From: Lama guanicoe
Lineage: Eukaryota
Assembly: GCA_013239625.1 (NCBI GenBank)
Contig: MU054049.1
Span: forward strand, 2,235,892 to 2,299,891
Direction of reading: 5' to 3'
Length of the DNA: 64,000 bases
The first letter of the stretch is position 1; every line of letters starts with the position of its first letter. The notes under the pieces are model-generated. The model made no database searches and was not told where the DNA came from. It saw only the letters and a program-made list of their open reading frames with translations. Made by a program: the position numbers and the translations under genes. Shown here one piece after another: positions 52,183 to 64,000 of the stretch.

Positions 52183-52994
52183 TGTATACTTTTTCTCCTC
52201 ACAGTCCCAAGGTGACTGCCATACCTCCTGGCATGGCATCTGTATTCCAGGGTGAATGAGGGCAGGAGGAATTGCTGGAGAAAGGAGCAGCAGCTAAATC
52301 AGGGAAGGAAAATGTTTTCCCAGAAAAAGTCAAGCTTAATATTTTTAGAGAGAACTTTCTTTTATATTTACCCTTAACTGCAAAGTAGTTGTGAGAAAGT
52401 GAGAACTTTCAGTTGGGTGCACTGCTGCTTAGAGCAAAGTTGGAGTCAGTGGGGATGAATATTGGGTAGACAGTTAGCAATGTCTGTTACACATAGGTTT
52501 TGTTTGTTTGTTTTGTTTGTTTGATGACTGGTCCTGGTTAGAGTTTCAGGAAGTCTCCCACGTGAAGTTCTGTTGTTTGACTCCTTTATACAGTATCCTG
52601 AAAACTTGCTTAGACGTCTCACTTCATTGTCTTCTTGTTAATTCTTGACTTCTTCCAGGACGTGTTGGAGCCACACATAGACTTGCAAAACATCATTGAC
52701 AGGACTGACTAAATTGTGAAATGGCCCATGTTTTTCAAATTAGCTTCTCGTTGTCTTTGTGATTTGGTAACTTCTTACATTAACATGACTTCGTTTCTCA
52801 CACCCTCAGACTCAGTTTTTCCCAATCTACTTACCAGTTTCCTGACTAATTTATTTGTATTTACTCAATTGTGAGCTCACTGCCATCTTTTATACAGAAA
52901 TGTACTTTTTCAATAGTGATGATTTGCTTTTTAAAAAATGATTCATAGCCTTTATGGATTATTCTGACTCAGGATTTGAAATCAGACTTGCATC

Positions 52995-53127
52995 TTTGCA
53001 TCAAATGTGGCCTTGGGACCAGCAGCATGAGAGTCACCTGGAGCTTATTAGAAACGCGGAATCTCAACCCACCTCAGTCTGCATTTAGCAAATGATTCAA
53101 GTGCAGCAAGTTTCAGAAGCACTGGTC
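52995..53127. mobile_element. MER5A-like MITE
   Basis: gggaccagcagcatgagagtcacctggagcttattagaaacgcggaatctc...aagtttcagaagcactg. Confidence 0.75.
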
Positions 53128-55204
53128 TAAGGGAGACACAAATGAGAAGGGGGCATGGAGCTGTGTTCTGAGGCACTCTCATGTTCAGTGTAGACCAAAA
53201 GATCCCACAGAGAGATGAGAGTCAGCCACGGAGGCATGTGGTGTAACCGTGTGACCTCTCCTGCTGCCCGCTCTGAGGCGCTCACCTCTCCCAGGGTTAG
53301 AAGGTGGTGGGACCCACCAAGCAGTGATTGAACGTATTCGGACTGTATGGAAACAGTCTGCCAGGGTTTTTCTCACTTGGGCATTGAAGCTTAGTTCCCG
53401 CTTGAACTGGAATGGAACTCGTTTTCTCTTTGTTATGCCTCATTCCAGTTCTTGACTTCGATGTTTGGTAAACTTTTCCTCCTCCTTATTCAGAAACATG
53501 ACATTCTGACTCTAGAGAGGATGGCGTCATCCGCCTACCCAGATGCAGTTTATATATATGCTTTTTTTTATGTTATTCTTCAACTTTTTTCTAGTTGCAT
53601 GTTCCTCATCGAAACACTGTTTCAAGGCGGTTCTGTTCTAACATTATCATTGGCACAGGTCTAGGAGTTAGATTTGTTTTTGTCTGTACTTTGTGTCTTT
53701 AGTTGTTTGCATCTGGCATTGCATAGTAAATAAGCCTGGAATGAGCGAGTAACTGATTTGAATGAATCGTGGGATTTGCTTCCTTTCAGTAAGTCCAAAA
53801 AAATGTGGCAAAGTTTAAGAAAAAAACAAAAACGGAAACCTGGTCTGTCAGAACTGAATTGTTAGTTTCCTCCCAAGTAGGAGAGAAGCCTAAGTGTCGA
53901 CAGGTTTCAGGCCATAAAACATCTGTATCTTCTAGGGCTGGTTATTTGATTTTACCATGTGAAATACTGAATTGTTCTAACAAGGAAAACAGAATAAAGG
54001 CTTACATCATTACATTTATTTCAAAAGTTCATAAGGTAAAAAGCAGCTTTTAGATCTCAGTCTGGACTTAGAATGTAACTAGTTTAACAGCTAGGCATCT
54101 AGCCACCCCAGCATCCATTCTCTGTGGAATAATGAATGTCAGAGAGTCTAGGGGTATGAATTATTGCCTCTCTTAGTACCTCAGAACTTCCTTGTAGATT
54201 TCCAGATGGTGTTAAGCTGGCCATTTCTTATGAGGTAGTAGTGATTTGATAGTGTTTGTAATTGGTTTTCTGTACAAATAATCCAGAGCATATGGTATCT
54301 TTGTTTTAATTTAGTAGGCTAAATTAAAATTTAGTAGTAAATCGTCAGTAGATGAGCCTTTAAGGCTGGATTCACAGCAGTGCCTAGTGTTTGTCCCTAG
54401 TGTGTTCCTGACTCATGAATGAAACTTGAATGATTGTAGATTTACCTTTTCTGTGGACAAAGGGACTCTCATTTCCCAGTGAGTGAAGAATATGATTGAA
54501 TGCACTTCCTAAATAAATCTGATCTTTTAGAAACTGCCTTTGCTGATGTATTGCTAGCACTTTGAGCATACTTTATAATTTTATTATTTTCTTTTACAAC
54601 TATCTAATTGGTGAGTATAAGTCAAGAAACATTCCATGAGACTAAACACTTAATAACAATGTATTACATTTAATAGACTTGAACTTCTGTTTCTACTCCG
54701 ATTTAGAAAGTAAGGGAGTAAGTAATAAAATTATCCCCCAAATTATACAAGTACATTGCTATAAGGACAAAGAAGACAACATTGCCAAAACAAGTGCTGA
54801 CTGACAGGCCACTTGGGAGATCTTGAAACATTTAGTCATCATCATTTTAGTGATACTGAGTGTTCAAAAGCCAGGTGTACAGAGGTCAAGGCAGTCTGTG
54901 ATTTGGTGGATTGAGGGGAAGGAAAAAGTTAAAACTTTCTTGATGGCCACCTTTCTTTAAGGAGAGCCTTGGTGGAATGGAATCAACTCTTACTCAAAGG
55001 AGTTTTTAAATGATCCACCAGCTCCTTCATACTTCCTTCTGACTGACCAAAGAATTTTACCTGCTAATTACATCGCATCTTTCTCTGATCTTTCCCCATG
55101 GTTATTGCATGACATGGGAACTGAATAGAGACTAGATAATTTACAAAATACAAATAAGACCAACTCTTCCATTTGTAATCGTTTTTTTACTCATTTGATT
55201 TAGA

Positions 55205-55499
55205 ACAAGGTTGAGCGGATTCAGGGTGTCAGCGGGTTTCGTTTTTCCTGAGGGCCCCTCTCCTTAATGTGTAGATGGCCATCTTCTCCCTGTATCATCT
55301 CTCTGTGTATATCTGTGTCCTAATTTCGTCTTCTCATAAAGGCACTTTGTATTGGATTAGGGCCCAGTCTACTGGCCTCATTTTAACATAATTACCTCTT
55401 TTGGGACTCCCATCTCTAAATATAGTCACATTCTGAGTAATGGGAGTTAGGGCTTCAACATATGAACTGGAGGTGGGGGAACACATTCAGGCCATAACA
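55205..55499 (-). mobile_element. MLT1B/C LTR fragment
   Basis: ttggattagggcccagtc...ggcttcaacatatgaa...cattcaggccataaca. Confidence 0.8.
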
Positions 55500-56114
55500 G
55501 TTATGTATCATGGAAGGTTAACTTTAAAGCAAAAAGACCAGGTCGGAAGTTACTCAAGAATTCCAAGTAAGAAATGAAGATGGAATCTGAGATTGGGAGA
55601 CATTAGGGAGGACGAATTTCATGCAAGACTTTATGATTTGAGTTTGAGAAGGAGGAACAGGCTTGAGGGAGTAGGTGTGGGTCCTCTGCTGAGTACATAC
55701 CACTCTGCAGCCAAACGACCTGGGTGGAGTCAATGGTCCCATTTCCTACTTCCCCATCCCACAGCGTCTCCTTACAGCATGTACTGACTACATCACATGT
55801 AACTGAACACGCAGCCTCTGAGCCACCACTTGAATTTTTCTTAAGACACTCATTACCCTCTTATTTTTATAGTTAATTCCAAATCCCTGTTCTTTTCTTG
55901 TTGATGAGTTCCTTTAGGGCGAGGACTGTTGTTTTACTCATCTCTGCCAGAGTCTCCAGTATCTAATAGCTGGCCCTGGCTCTGTACATAATAGTTTGTG
56001 CACAGCAAGTTCTCTTTGGGGGAATGATTTGTTAGTAGGATTGTTATGATCAGTTACTTGTTTGCTTAATATAATCAAAGCTTGATACTTAACACCTTTT
56101 TGGTTTTCTTGCAG

Positions 56115-56165
56115 AATGAGAAGACTTTGGGACATTCCATGAGTCATTCAAGTAACATTTCTAAG
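56115..56165 (+). CDS. MARCHF8: MARCHF8 51-nt coding exon (NEKTLGHSMSHSSNISK)
   Basis: ttttcttgcag|AATGAG...TCTAAG|gtagag, branch-like cttaac at 56088-56093, phase 0 on both sides. Continues EREEQ-NEKTLGH as in recalled MARCH8 (human NEKTLGHFMSHSSNISK). Confidence 0.97.
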
Positions 56166-56449
56166 GTAGAGTGCCATTGAAATATGCTATTTTTGTAGCT
56201 TGGGGTTTTTGTATTCTTATACCTGACATATGTTTTACACTCTTTTCTTTTAAAGACATAAAGTTCTTAGTACATTTCTTTAACCTGCTCTGGGACCATA
56301 CAGCGAGGTATATGGCAATTACATTTTTCTAGTGAGACAATTCCGAGTGTGTGTTGTGGGGAGTGACTAATAGGAGAAAACCCCATTCTTTCCAATAGAA
56401 ATAATTTACTTTCAGGTTAAGGAAATCTCAGAGAGTCACCAGAGCATCT

Positions 56450-56910
56450 GTCACCTAAGTTAGAGCAGTAACAAAATGCCAGCTCTGGTGACTTAAATAA
56501 TTATGGATTTATGTTTTTGTGGTGACAGGAGGTCTGGTGGTAGACGATTCAGGGCTGATGCAGTTGTTCACAGTGTTGGGGGGACCCAGGCTCTGTCTTC
56601 TTTGTACCACCTTCCTTAGCACATTGTCATCTTCGTGTTTGGCACTTGTGGTCTCAAGGTGGGGAGCTTAGACCTCCAGACACCATGGCCATGGCCTTGG
56701 CAGGAATAAGAAGAATGATGAAGGTTGGAGGAGTCTGTCAGCTGAGAGTGACCCTTTTCAGTACGAAGGCAAAAGCGTTCCCAGAAGCCCCACCCAGCTG
56801 CCTGACTTCTGCTTACATCTCACTGGCCACAACTGGATCACAAAGCCACCGCCTGCTGGAAGGTGGCTAGGAAAAGGAGGCTGGGGGTGAATCGGTCAAC
56901 CCGTAGCACA
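56450..56910 (-). mobile_element. Old MLT1 (J/K-like) LTR
   Basis: gggacccaggctct...gacttctgcttacatctcactggccacaactggatcaca. Confidence 0.65.
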
Positions 56911-58291
56911 TGATACACCTGTGGTGTAGTCATTTATTTGCGTAGCCTGCCAGGAGTGTGGCAGTCGCCAGGGGTGACCAGAGCCAGAGATGGTGTCTCC
57001 CACGCCGTGAGCTTGCTCCCGGGCACGGCTCACCTCTCAGCCCAGACGCAGGCTCTGGCCAACCCCTGATCCATGAAGGTATGTCTGTGAAGGTTCCTTG
57101 CAGGGATGAACCTTCTTGCCATGTCTGTGTCAGATCCTGACAGCAAGATCTGAACAGTGTGACAAAACTTGTCCTACTGTCTCAGGCCTCCTGATTCCTC
57201 TAAAATAGACTATTACGTTGTATTCCATTTTAATTTACAAACGACACAGATGTTTTATTCCTATCACTCTGTATTTTATTTTTGAATTAAAGTAGAATCT
57301 AGAAAATCCTTTAAGGCATTAATCAATCTGTTCTTAGGCATTCTTGTGATCATACACTTGTGATCCAGTCATGTCATGTCATGTCTACTACTGAATTTTG
57401 CCAAGTCCATGGTGTTCAGTGTGCCTGAAGTCCATTTACAGAGTGCTTCTTGGTTCACAGCTGACATGACCTTCCCCTAGACTAGTCATACAAGCCAAGG
57501 GCTTTGCCCACCTCATATAAACACCTTTCACCGAATACTCTATCCTGTTCCAACCTCCTTTTCTTTTCTTTGGCTGTTCCCTCGTCCAGGAATGCTGGAG
57601 CCATAGAACTGCATAGTGGTAGATCATTACCATCTGAGTAAAATGACCAGTTTTACCCCACCTTGCCCTCCTTTTTGAAGGCGCTGTCCAACATTTAAGC
57701 ATAGAGAAAACTGAGAAGGTGTAGATCCAGATGGCTGGTTAGGTTGAATTAAACATTTTAAACGCATGGAGTAGCACTCACTGCCTTGCCCTTGTGGCTA
57801 GGAACGGTTCTGAAGGATGTTGTCATCCTATGCTTCAAATGTGTGTCTGTTTGTCTACAGTTTTAGTAAGATTTTGTTTGAAGGAAAGTTTCCTCCTGTA
57901 GTTAAAAAAGTCTGTAAACCACTGGCTCACAATGTCTAAAGGAACATTTTCTGGGCTTGGCGCAGGTCTGGGATGTGGCCTTCTTAGTTGCTCTGTGATG
58001 GTTTGGGGGTTATATGGACAAGGGTTTACTAGCCATGTGACTTTGAGGAAGGACACTTCTCTGAGCTTTAATTTCTTGATAAGTAAAATTAGGGTAATAA
58101 TACAACCTTCAGGCTTGTGAGTCCTAGGGATAATGTTCGCAAGGAGTCATGGGGCAGCTCCCTCCCTGCAGTGAGTCAGTGCACTGACTCTTGTCAGACT
58201 TAGTCAGACCCTGGAGATCTTAAGTTGATTGTGCCAGGACAGTCCTTGATGATAGCTGTTGTTATTTCATTACTGACTGAAGACAGAACTA

Positions 58292-58754
58292 CAGGCATAC
58301 TTCGTTTTACTGCACTTTGCAGATACTGCATTTTTTATACATTGAAGGTTTGCAGCAATCTTGCATCAGGCAAGTCTCTTGGCGCTGTTTTCCAACAACA
58401 TTTGCTCACTTTGTGTCGCATTTTAGTAATTCTTGCAACATTTCAGACTTTTTCATTAGTATTCTGTTCGTTATGGTGCTCTGTCATCAGTAGTCTTTGA
58501 TGTTACTGGTACAACTTGCTGAAGGCTCGGATGATGATTACCATTTTTTAGCAATAAAGTTTTTTAATCAAAGTAGGTACTTTTTTTTAGTCATAATGTT
58601 ATTGTGCAGTTAATAGACTACAGTGCAGTGTAAACATAACTTCTATGCACTGTGCACTGTGAAACCAAAAATTTCAGGTGACTTGTTTTATTGCAGTATT
58701 CGCTTTGTCACAGTGGTATAGAACTGAACCTACAATATTTCCGAGGTCTGCCTG
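58292..58754 (+). mobile_element. Tigger1-derived non-autonomous element (Tigger1a-like)
   Basis: TA TSD on both sides; TIRs caggcatacttcg and cgaggtctgcctg (11/13); Tigger1 5' and 3' ends joined by an internal deletion. Confidence 0.9.
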
Positions 58755-61486
58755 TATATGCTTTAAAATAAGTATCATCTGAGGGTGAAAATTAAGAAGT
58801 CTAATCAAAACTCTGGCTTTTCCCTCTTTTCCTTCTTGCACACATTTTTATTGAGTGTTCTCTGTGCCGGACACTGAGCAAGGTGCAGGCATAAAATAAT
58901 GAGCAAAGCAAACATGGCCACTGACGTGGAGCTTTCTTACAGGCAGGGCTGCAATTTCCTTCAAAGGAAGTTTTAGCACCACACTTTAACGCTCTTAGGA
59001 ACAGGGGGACTGTGAAAGCCTCCAAGCTTTGTGCCACAGAGCAGGAAGATTTGAGCCTCTTCCTTCCATTTCCACAGCAGGCGTTCTGCACACTTAACTA
59101 GGATCAAAGGAAAATCTCAGGGGTCAGGAGTCCTGTTTGCTCACATAACTAACTTCCAGAGATCCCATCACCATGAAATTTCATTGCAAAATGTAAGCCT
59201 CTGGAAGTATGTTAGGCATGAACCAGTTACAACAGGGCTGAAGGTGAGAGGGCAGGACTGCTGCAAAAGATAACTTTGTTTTTAAGAACGCAGTTCTTTA
59301 TCGTGGTATTTATAAAACCTGTTGTTTGAGGCCCTTTTAGGCTATGACGTGTAAAGCTCTATCTTCAGTGTAGCAAACATACCTTGAGCAGGTGCTTCAT
59401 ACCCTTGAGCTAGAAGATATAAAGAAAGGTCAGACCGTGGACATGTTTATGCAGCATGAAATCTCTGTTGTCTCTGTCAAGAGGCTTTTCCTGCCAACGC
59501 AGCCTCCAGCTGGGTTTCAGGCTAGTTTGTGCGTACGTTAGTCACCTGCAGTCTGCATCGTGTGCCTGTTAAAAAACTATTAAAAAATGTTCGCCCAGAC
59601 TCTTTCTGTTGCCCATCACTGGTCCTGATTCTGCCTCTTGTGAACTAGAGCTCTGACAGACAAAGGGGTCTGGGAGCGGTCTGTGTGGTAGAGAGAAGGG
59701 ACGGGGTGGAGGCGGAGTCTCTGCTGTAGGAGTGATGGGCAGCCTCTGGCTGTCAGGTGGCCATCACTCCCCGACTTGGAGCATGGGCTGGTAGCGGGTG
59801 TGCAGTGAGGTACTGACCCGGCCTTAGAGTGGACTCAAGTGATCACAGAGGCTGCTTGTGGAAGGCCCGCTGTGTCGGGGTGAGGTGATGTGACTTGCTG
59901 GTAGTAGTGGTCCACCACTGTCCCCCGCCCGCAGGCTGTCTCGTCACTCAGCATGAAGTATTCTCAACTGTAACAGATAAAAGGAGGCCCAGTGCAGTGT
60001 TCATGAGTATTGTGTCCAGCGCTTAACTGTGTGCTAGAGGAGTAAGCAGACCTCCGCAAACTCCCTGCAGACAGCGTTATTATGAAGGTAGAAGACAAGG
60101 GCTAAGGTCCAGAACTATGAGGGACCAAAGTTAGAAGGGCTGCTCAGAGAAGCTGTGGGTGAGGAGGGAGCACTTAAAGCAGGGCATAAAAGGTGAAAAG
60201 GAGCTGGCCCAGATGAGATTAAACTGTAGTGAAAAGCTGGAAAATCCAGTACTTGAGGTAGAGATGAAAGGCAGATGTTTGCAACCTTAGTCACTGGGAG
60301 TGATGGCTGTCATGGCCACCCAAGTGCAGGGTGCCTGTAAATGCTGGGCTGTGTTAGCTGGGGCCATTCCAGCAAGAACCAGTGTACTCTGACTTAAAAC
60401 CCATTAGAGGAAGATTGGAATTCCCTGAGAAGGCTTGACCTCACTCTGTCCAGCTGGGATTTTTTTTAGATACAGGGAATTGGCATAGGCCTGGCTCACT
60501 GTAGGGGCTGGGCTCTCTAGAGCCTCTGCCGATGCCTCTCAGGGGAGACTTCTGTGCAGGAAGGGGCAGCACACAGACATGGTGTTAGTGTACCCTGAGG
60601 AAAGCATTCTCATTTCAACCCTGGGAGTTAGATTTGGTCCAGGTGACACAACTTCTTGAGCAAGTTCATGATTGGCACACTTACCCCAGGGAGAAGCCAG
60701 TGGCAAGCTAGACATCATCACAAAGCCTGGAGCATGGGTGTCCTCCTCCCAGCAGCCAGGTCAGCGCACTAGGCTCCAGCAACCGCTGAAGGCTGGTTTG
60801 GTACTTGGCAGAATATTTTACAGCTCTGCATAATTTTATTCAGATAGCATGAGCATCATATGCCTCTGCTTAATCAAATAGTCCTCAGTAGAAGCCAGAT
60901 TGGATGTATTTAACGAGCACTTAAAATTACTGCTGTTCTGTTGTTTGGCAAGCAAATCCCAATGAATTTGAGCATTGACTCCCCTAGATCTCTTGAACAT
61001 TTTCTGGTAAAGTTGCCATTAGAAGGAATGAGATACAGCAGAATGTCCGATGTAAATGCAGCCTTAGGTTGGAGGCTTCCTGGCCACACACCTTGGTGTG
61101 ATTGTCAAGACCAGGGTTTGCTTCTCTCTGCTTCTGAATACAAAGTTGACCAGTGGCAGACTTAGTTACTCAGACTTAGGTGTAGAGGATAAAGCAAATG
61201 GGCCTTTCTTAATTTATACTGAACAAAACAACTATCCCAGAGACAAGGAACTTATTTTCATGCAGCGGAAACAAGGCGAATGAATTGGAGGAGTCGAATG
61301 GTATCAAGTGGTGACAGCCTGCTTCACGCACGTCGTGAACACCGCGTAGCCCCAGTGTACATCCTGATAGAGCTCCATGGTCAGTGTTTTGCCATTTGGC
61401 TCCTCTTTTGCAAAGTTTGACCATATTTTCATATATTTTTTTTTCTTCTGACTGGTTACAGTGTAGTTTTTGGCTAAAACTTCAGC

Positions 61487-61805
61487 CTAGTAGTTTCCAA
61501 AGTTTGGTTCTGGGTCTCTTGGTGGGAAGAGGGGTAAGGTTAAAACTGGTTTCATGATAATACCATGACATTATTTGTCTTTGTTTCTCTCCTTCTCTCA
61601 CAAGTGTAGAGTGGACTTTCCAGAGGCTGAGTGGCATCCAGGATGGCATCTTCCCTCTAACACGAATGGGATGTGTGCTGGTGGCCTGTGTTTTAAAATT
61701 TTTCTAACATGTGGTTGATGTAACCCATGTAAACACAAGCTCTTTGGGGGCCTCAAGTTTTTTTAGAGTGTAAAGGGGTCCTAAGGCCAAGTTTGAGAAC
61801 CTCTG
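61487..61805 (+). mobile_element. Internally deleted Charlie1-like element
   Basis: Charlie1-like ends; 3' end similar to 52095-52182. Confidence 0.75.
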
Positions 61806-63709
61806 TTTTAGATGTACTAATAGAGACACAGTTACTCCAGAGTGTACTAGTTTTATTCATTCAACAAGTGTTCACTGAACACCCCTTGTGTGCCAGGCAC
61901 TATGCTGGGCTAAACGGCAGCGGCTTCCAGGTGAACATACTGTGCCAGTAACATCTCCTTATAAACCTGACAGGTGCCCGGGAAGAAGTGAACAGGGTGC
62001 AAGGACAGTCAATAATAGGGGTGGTAGCCCTTTTCGAGGAGAAAGCTGAGGAGGGGCCCGTGGTGCTGGGTGGGTATGGGAGCATTGCTGGGGGAGCAGG
62101 GGAGTCTGAATGCTGGGTGACCAGTGCAGTGTGGCAGAGCAGAGGGAGGCCGGGCTTGGCGCATTGGGGTTACATAGGGGGTTTCAAGCAGATCTTTTAG
62201 ATTGTTGAGGGGGTGCACGTGCTTAAAGAGATTACGGACATCATTTGTCACCTAACTCATTTGGCTTTAGAGGAGGAACCTTAGCATTAGTTTGGAGTCA
62301 TCTTTCTTATCTCCCATGTTCCTGTCAGTAGCATTCTCCCAGGCTGTAGGTTCACTCACCACGTGAGTAGCCTGGGCAGAAACTCCTTTCGTCCCAAGTG
62401 AGTGCCCATTGGGAACCTCTTTTGGGATGGGGGCATTTCATCCCAGAGACGCCTGCGGTTTTCCAGATCACCAAGCAGCAGTTGTCCATCTGGAAGCCTT
62501 CTTGGTGGTGGAGGTGTTCCTAGAATGGTGTATGTCGCATTTTTGTATCCCTGCTTTTATTTGGTCTTTGCAGCAGCCCTGTGGATTATTGACCTGATTT
62601 TTAAATGATTAAATTCCTGTTGCCAGAAGTATGCTCTCGGAAGGTGGTGTGCTTAGTGGAGTGGCCCCAGAACACACAAAGACTGAGGACTTTGGAGTCA
62701 AAAGCCAGTGCTTTTGCTACCACCTCAGAATTTTCTCAAAGGGGAACTATTGGAAATAAAAAGATATTTCGATTATATTTGTAAAGTTAAGTATTTAAAG
62801 GAGGCCTGTAATAAGGATCCTTTTGGGTGGTAAATAACTCAGAAACCCAGCCCTTTTACCATGTTATTTCTGGTGATTTGGGGTCTTTTTATACTTACAC
62901 TTATAGTTTCTGGGAATGTGAAGCCATCTTTGCTCAGAAATCATTGCTTTCAATGTAATTTATGGAAAACAAGTTATATTTGCAAGATCCCCAACAGGAG
63001 CTTCAAGATCTGCTTTGGAAGATGAGCCCTGAGAAATCCCTTCAGCTGTTTCCTTCCCTCTGGCAGTGCTATGATACATGCCCCTCGTTATGCTGGGGAG
63101 ACGTTATTATTCATGTAATTCCAGCTCTCTCGAAAAGGCCACCAAAGAAAAGAATTCAGTGTTAGCACTACTCAGTAGGCAATGCTGAGAATCATTTATA
63201 ATGGAAATCATTTTAGAATTCAGTAGTTTTTATTGTTTGCTCTCCTCCATGAATTCTATATTGTATATATTCTATATTTACTTTTTAATGGTCAGTTTTA
63301 ATTAATCACTGTTGTGAAGGTTGGTTCTTGGCACAGCCCTTCATCAAGAGTCAACATGAATCATTCAGAGCAGCTACAGAACTGGCCTCTCCTTTAATTG
63401 TGGATCATCTTTGAGGTTGAATACAACTGGGTATTTATTTTTAGAAATCAGAATGCCTTATAACGAAGCATTTGTTTTCACAGAGGAACTTCTGTGCTAA
63501 GCAGAAAGTCTGCTGAAATGCAGCCTCAATCTGTACACTGCAGAGTCTAAATGCCGAGGGCAACTGGTGGGCTTTATTACATGAGGTCAGGCCTGCTGAG
63601 CTGGCAGTAAGGCGCCGATCACTATCTCTTGGAATCTCTTGGTTTGGGAGTAGGAGGGCAGTAGCGTTTAGTAACCTCCTAAGCAGGAAATAAAGGTAAG
63701 GTGGCCTGG

Positions 63710-64000
63710 TAAGCAGAATTTCTAAAGTGGCCCCCCAAAATGTCCCATCCTGATGCCCAGAACCTGTGACTATGATGAGGTATTGCTGCCGGGATCATTG
63801 TGTGATGGAGTCACGTGAGCTCTTAAAAGTAGAGAGCTTTGGCAGGTGGGAGAGATTGGAAGTGAGAGTGGGCTTGAAGACAGGAGGCATGGATGGGGAG
63901 TGCAGGAGTGCCGGGCTGCCAACCAGCAAGGAAATGGGGACTCAGTCCTAAAGCTGCTAGGAGCTGCCTCCTGCCAACAGCCTGAGTGAACATGGAAGTG
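63710..64000 (+). mobile_element. MLT1D/E-like LTR (runs off the window)
   Basis: cagaacctgtgactatgatgag...ccagcaaggaaatggggactcagtcc...tgccaacagcctgagtga. Confidence 0.8.

Larger units (their letters stand above)
9418..56114 (+). other. MARCHF8: MARCHF8 intron (~46.7 kb, GT-AG, phase 0)
   Basis: GT at 9418 and AG at 56113-56114 join the two coding exons in frame. Confidence 0.93.

Noticed and set aside
61323..61339. Small CpG-rich hairpin ttcacg-cacgt-cgtgaa
   Set aside because: A 6-bp stem is within chance expectation.
56166..64000. Next MARCHF8 exons (AGSP...QDICR and the RING-CH domain)
   Set aside because: Not found by eye; presumably downstream of the window.
1..64000. CRISPR arrays, operons, tRNA or rRNA genes
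   Set aside because: This is mammalian intronic DNA; no repeat-spacer arrays or structural RNA genes were recognised.

Overview
Mammalian (eutherian) genomic DNA, AT-rich and dense in repeats. A cetartiodactyl, possibly a camelid, is inferred from the repeat content; no Alu, Bov-A/BovB, PRE or Can-SINE was recognised. The window covers the 5' part of MARCHF8 (MARCH8/c-MIR, RING-CH E3 ubiquitin ligase) on the + strand. The ATG exon is 9238-9417 ([34 protein letters not shown]), followed by a ~46.7 kb intron and a 51-nt exon at 56115-56165 (NEKTLGHSMSHSSNISK). Neither exon appears in the ORF track. Most of the rest is L1 (mostly antisense), L2, MIR, ERV/MaLR LTRs, an ERV1-type internal region and hAT/Tigger DNA transposon fossils. 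The strongest finding is a candidate internal alternative first exon deep in the intron, ending at 34608. It encodes MKLQ in frame with the NEKTLGH exon and matches the recalled Xenopus March8 N-terminus (MHSCWKMKLQNEKTLGH). Its upstream ATG appears frameshifted into a 6-codon uORF whose stop overlaps the remaining ATG. Other findings: uORFs in the ATG exon, candidate upstream first exons, an inverted MER58A pair around the ATG exon, a candidate poison exon, a twin-primed L1 and several repair scars. Repeat subfamily names and orthologue sequences are from memory, and most repeat boundaries are approximate.
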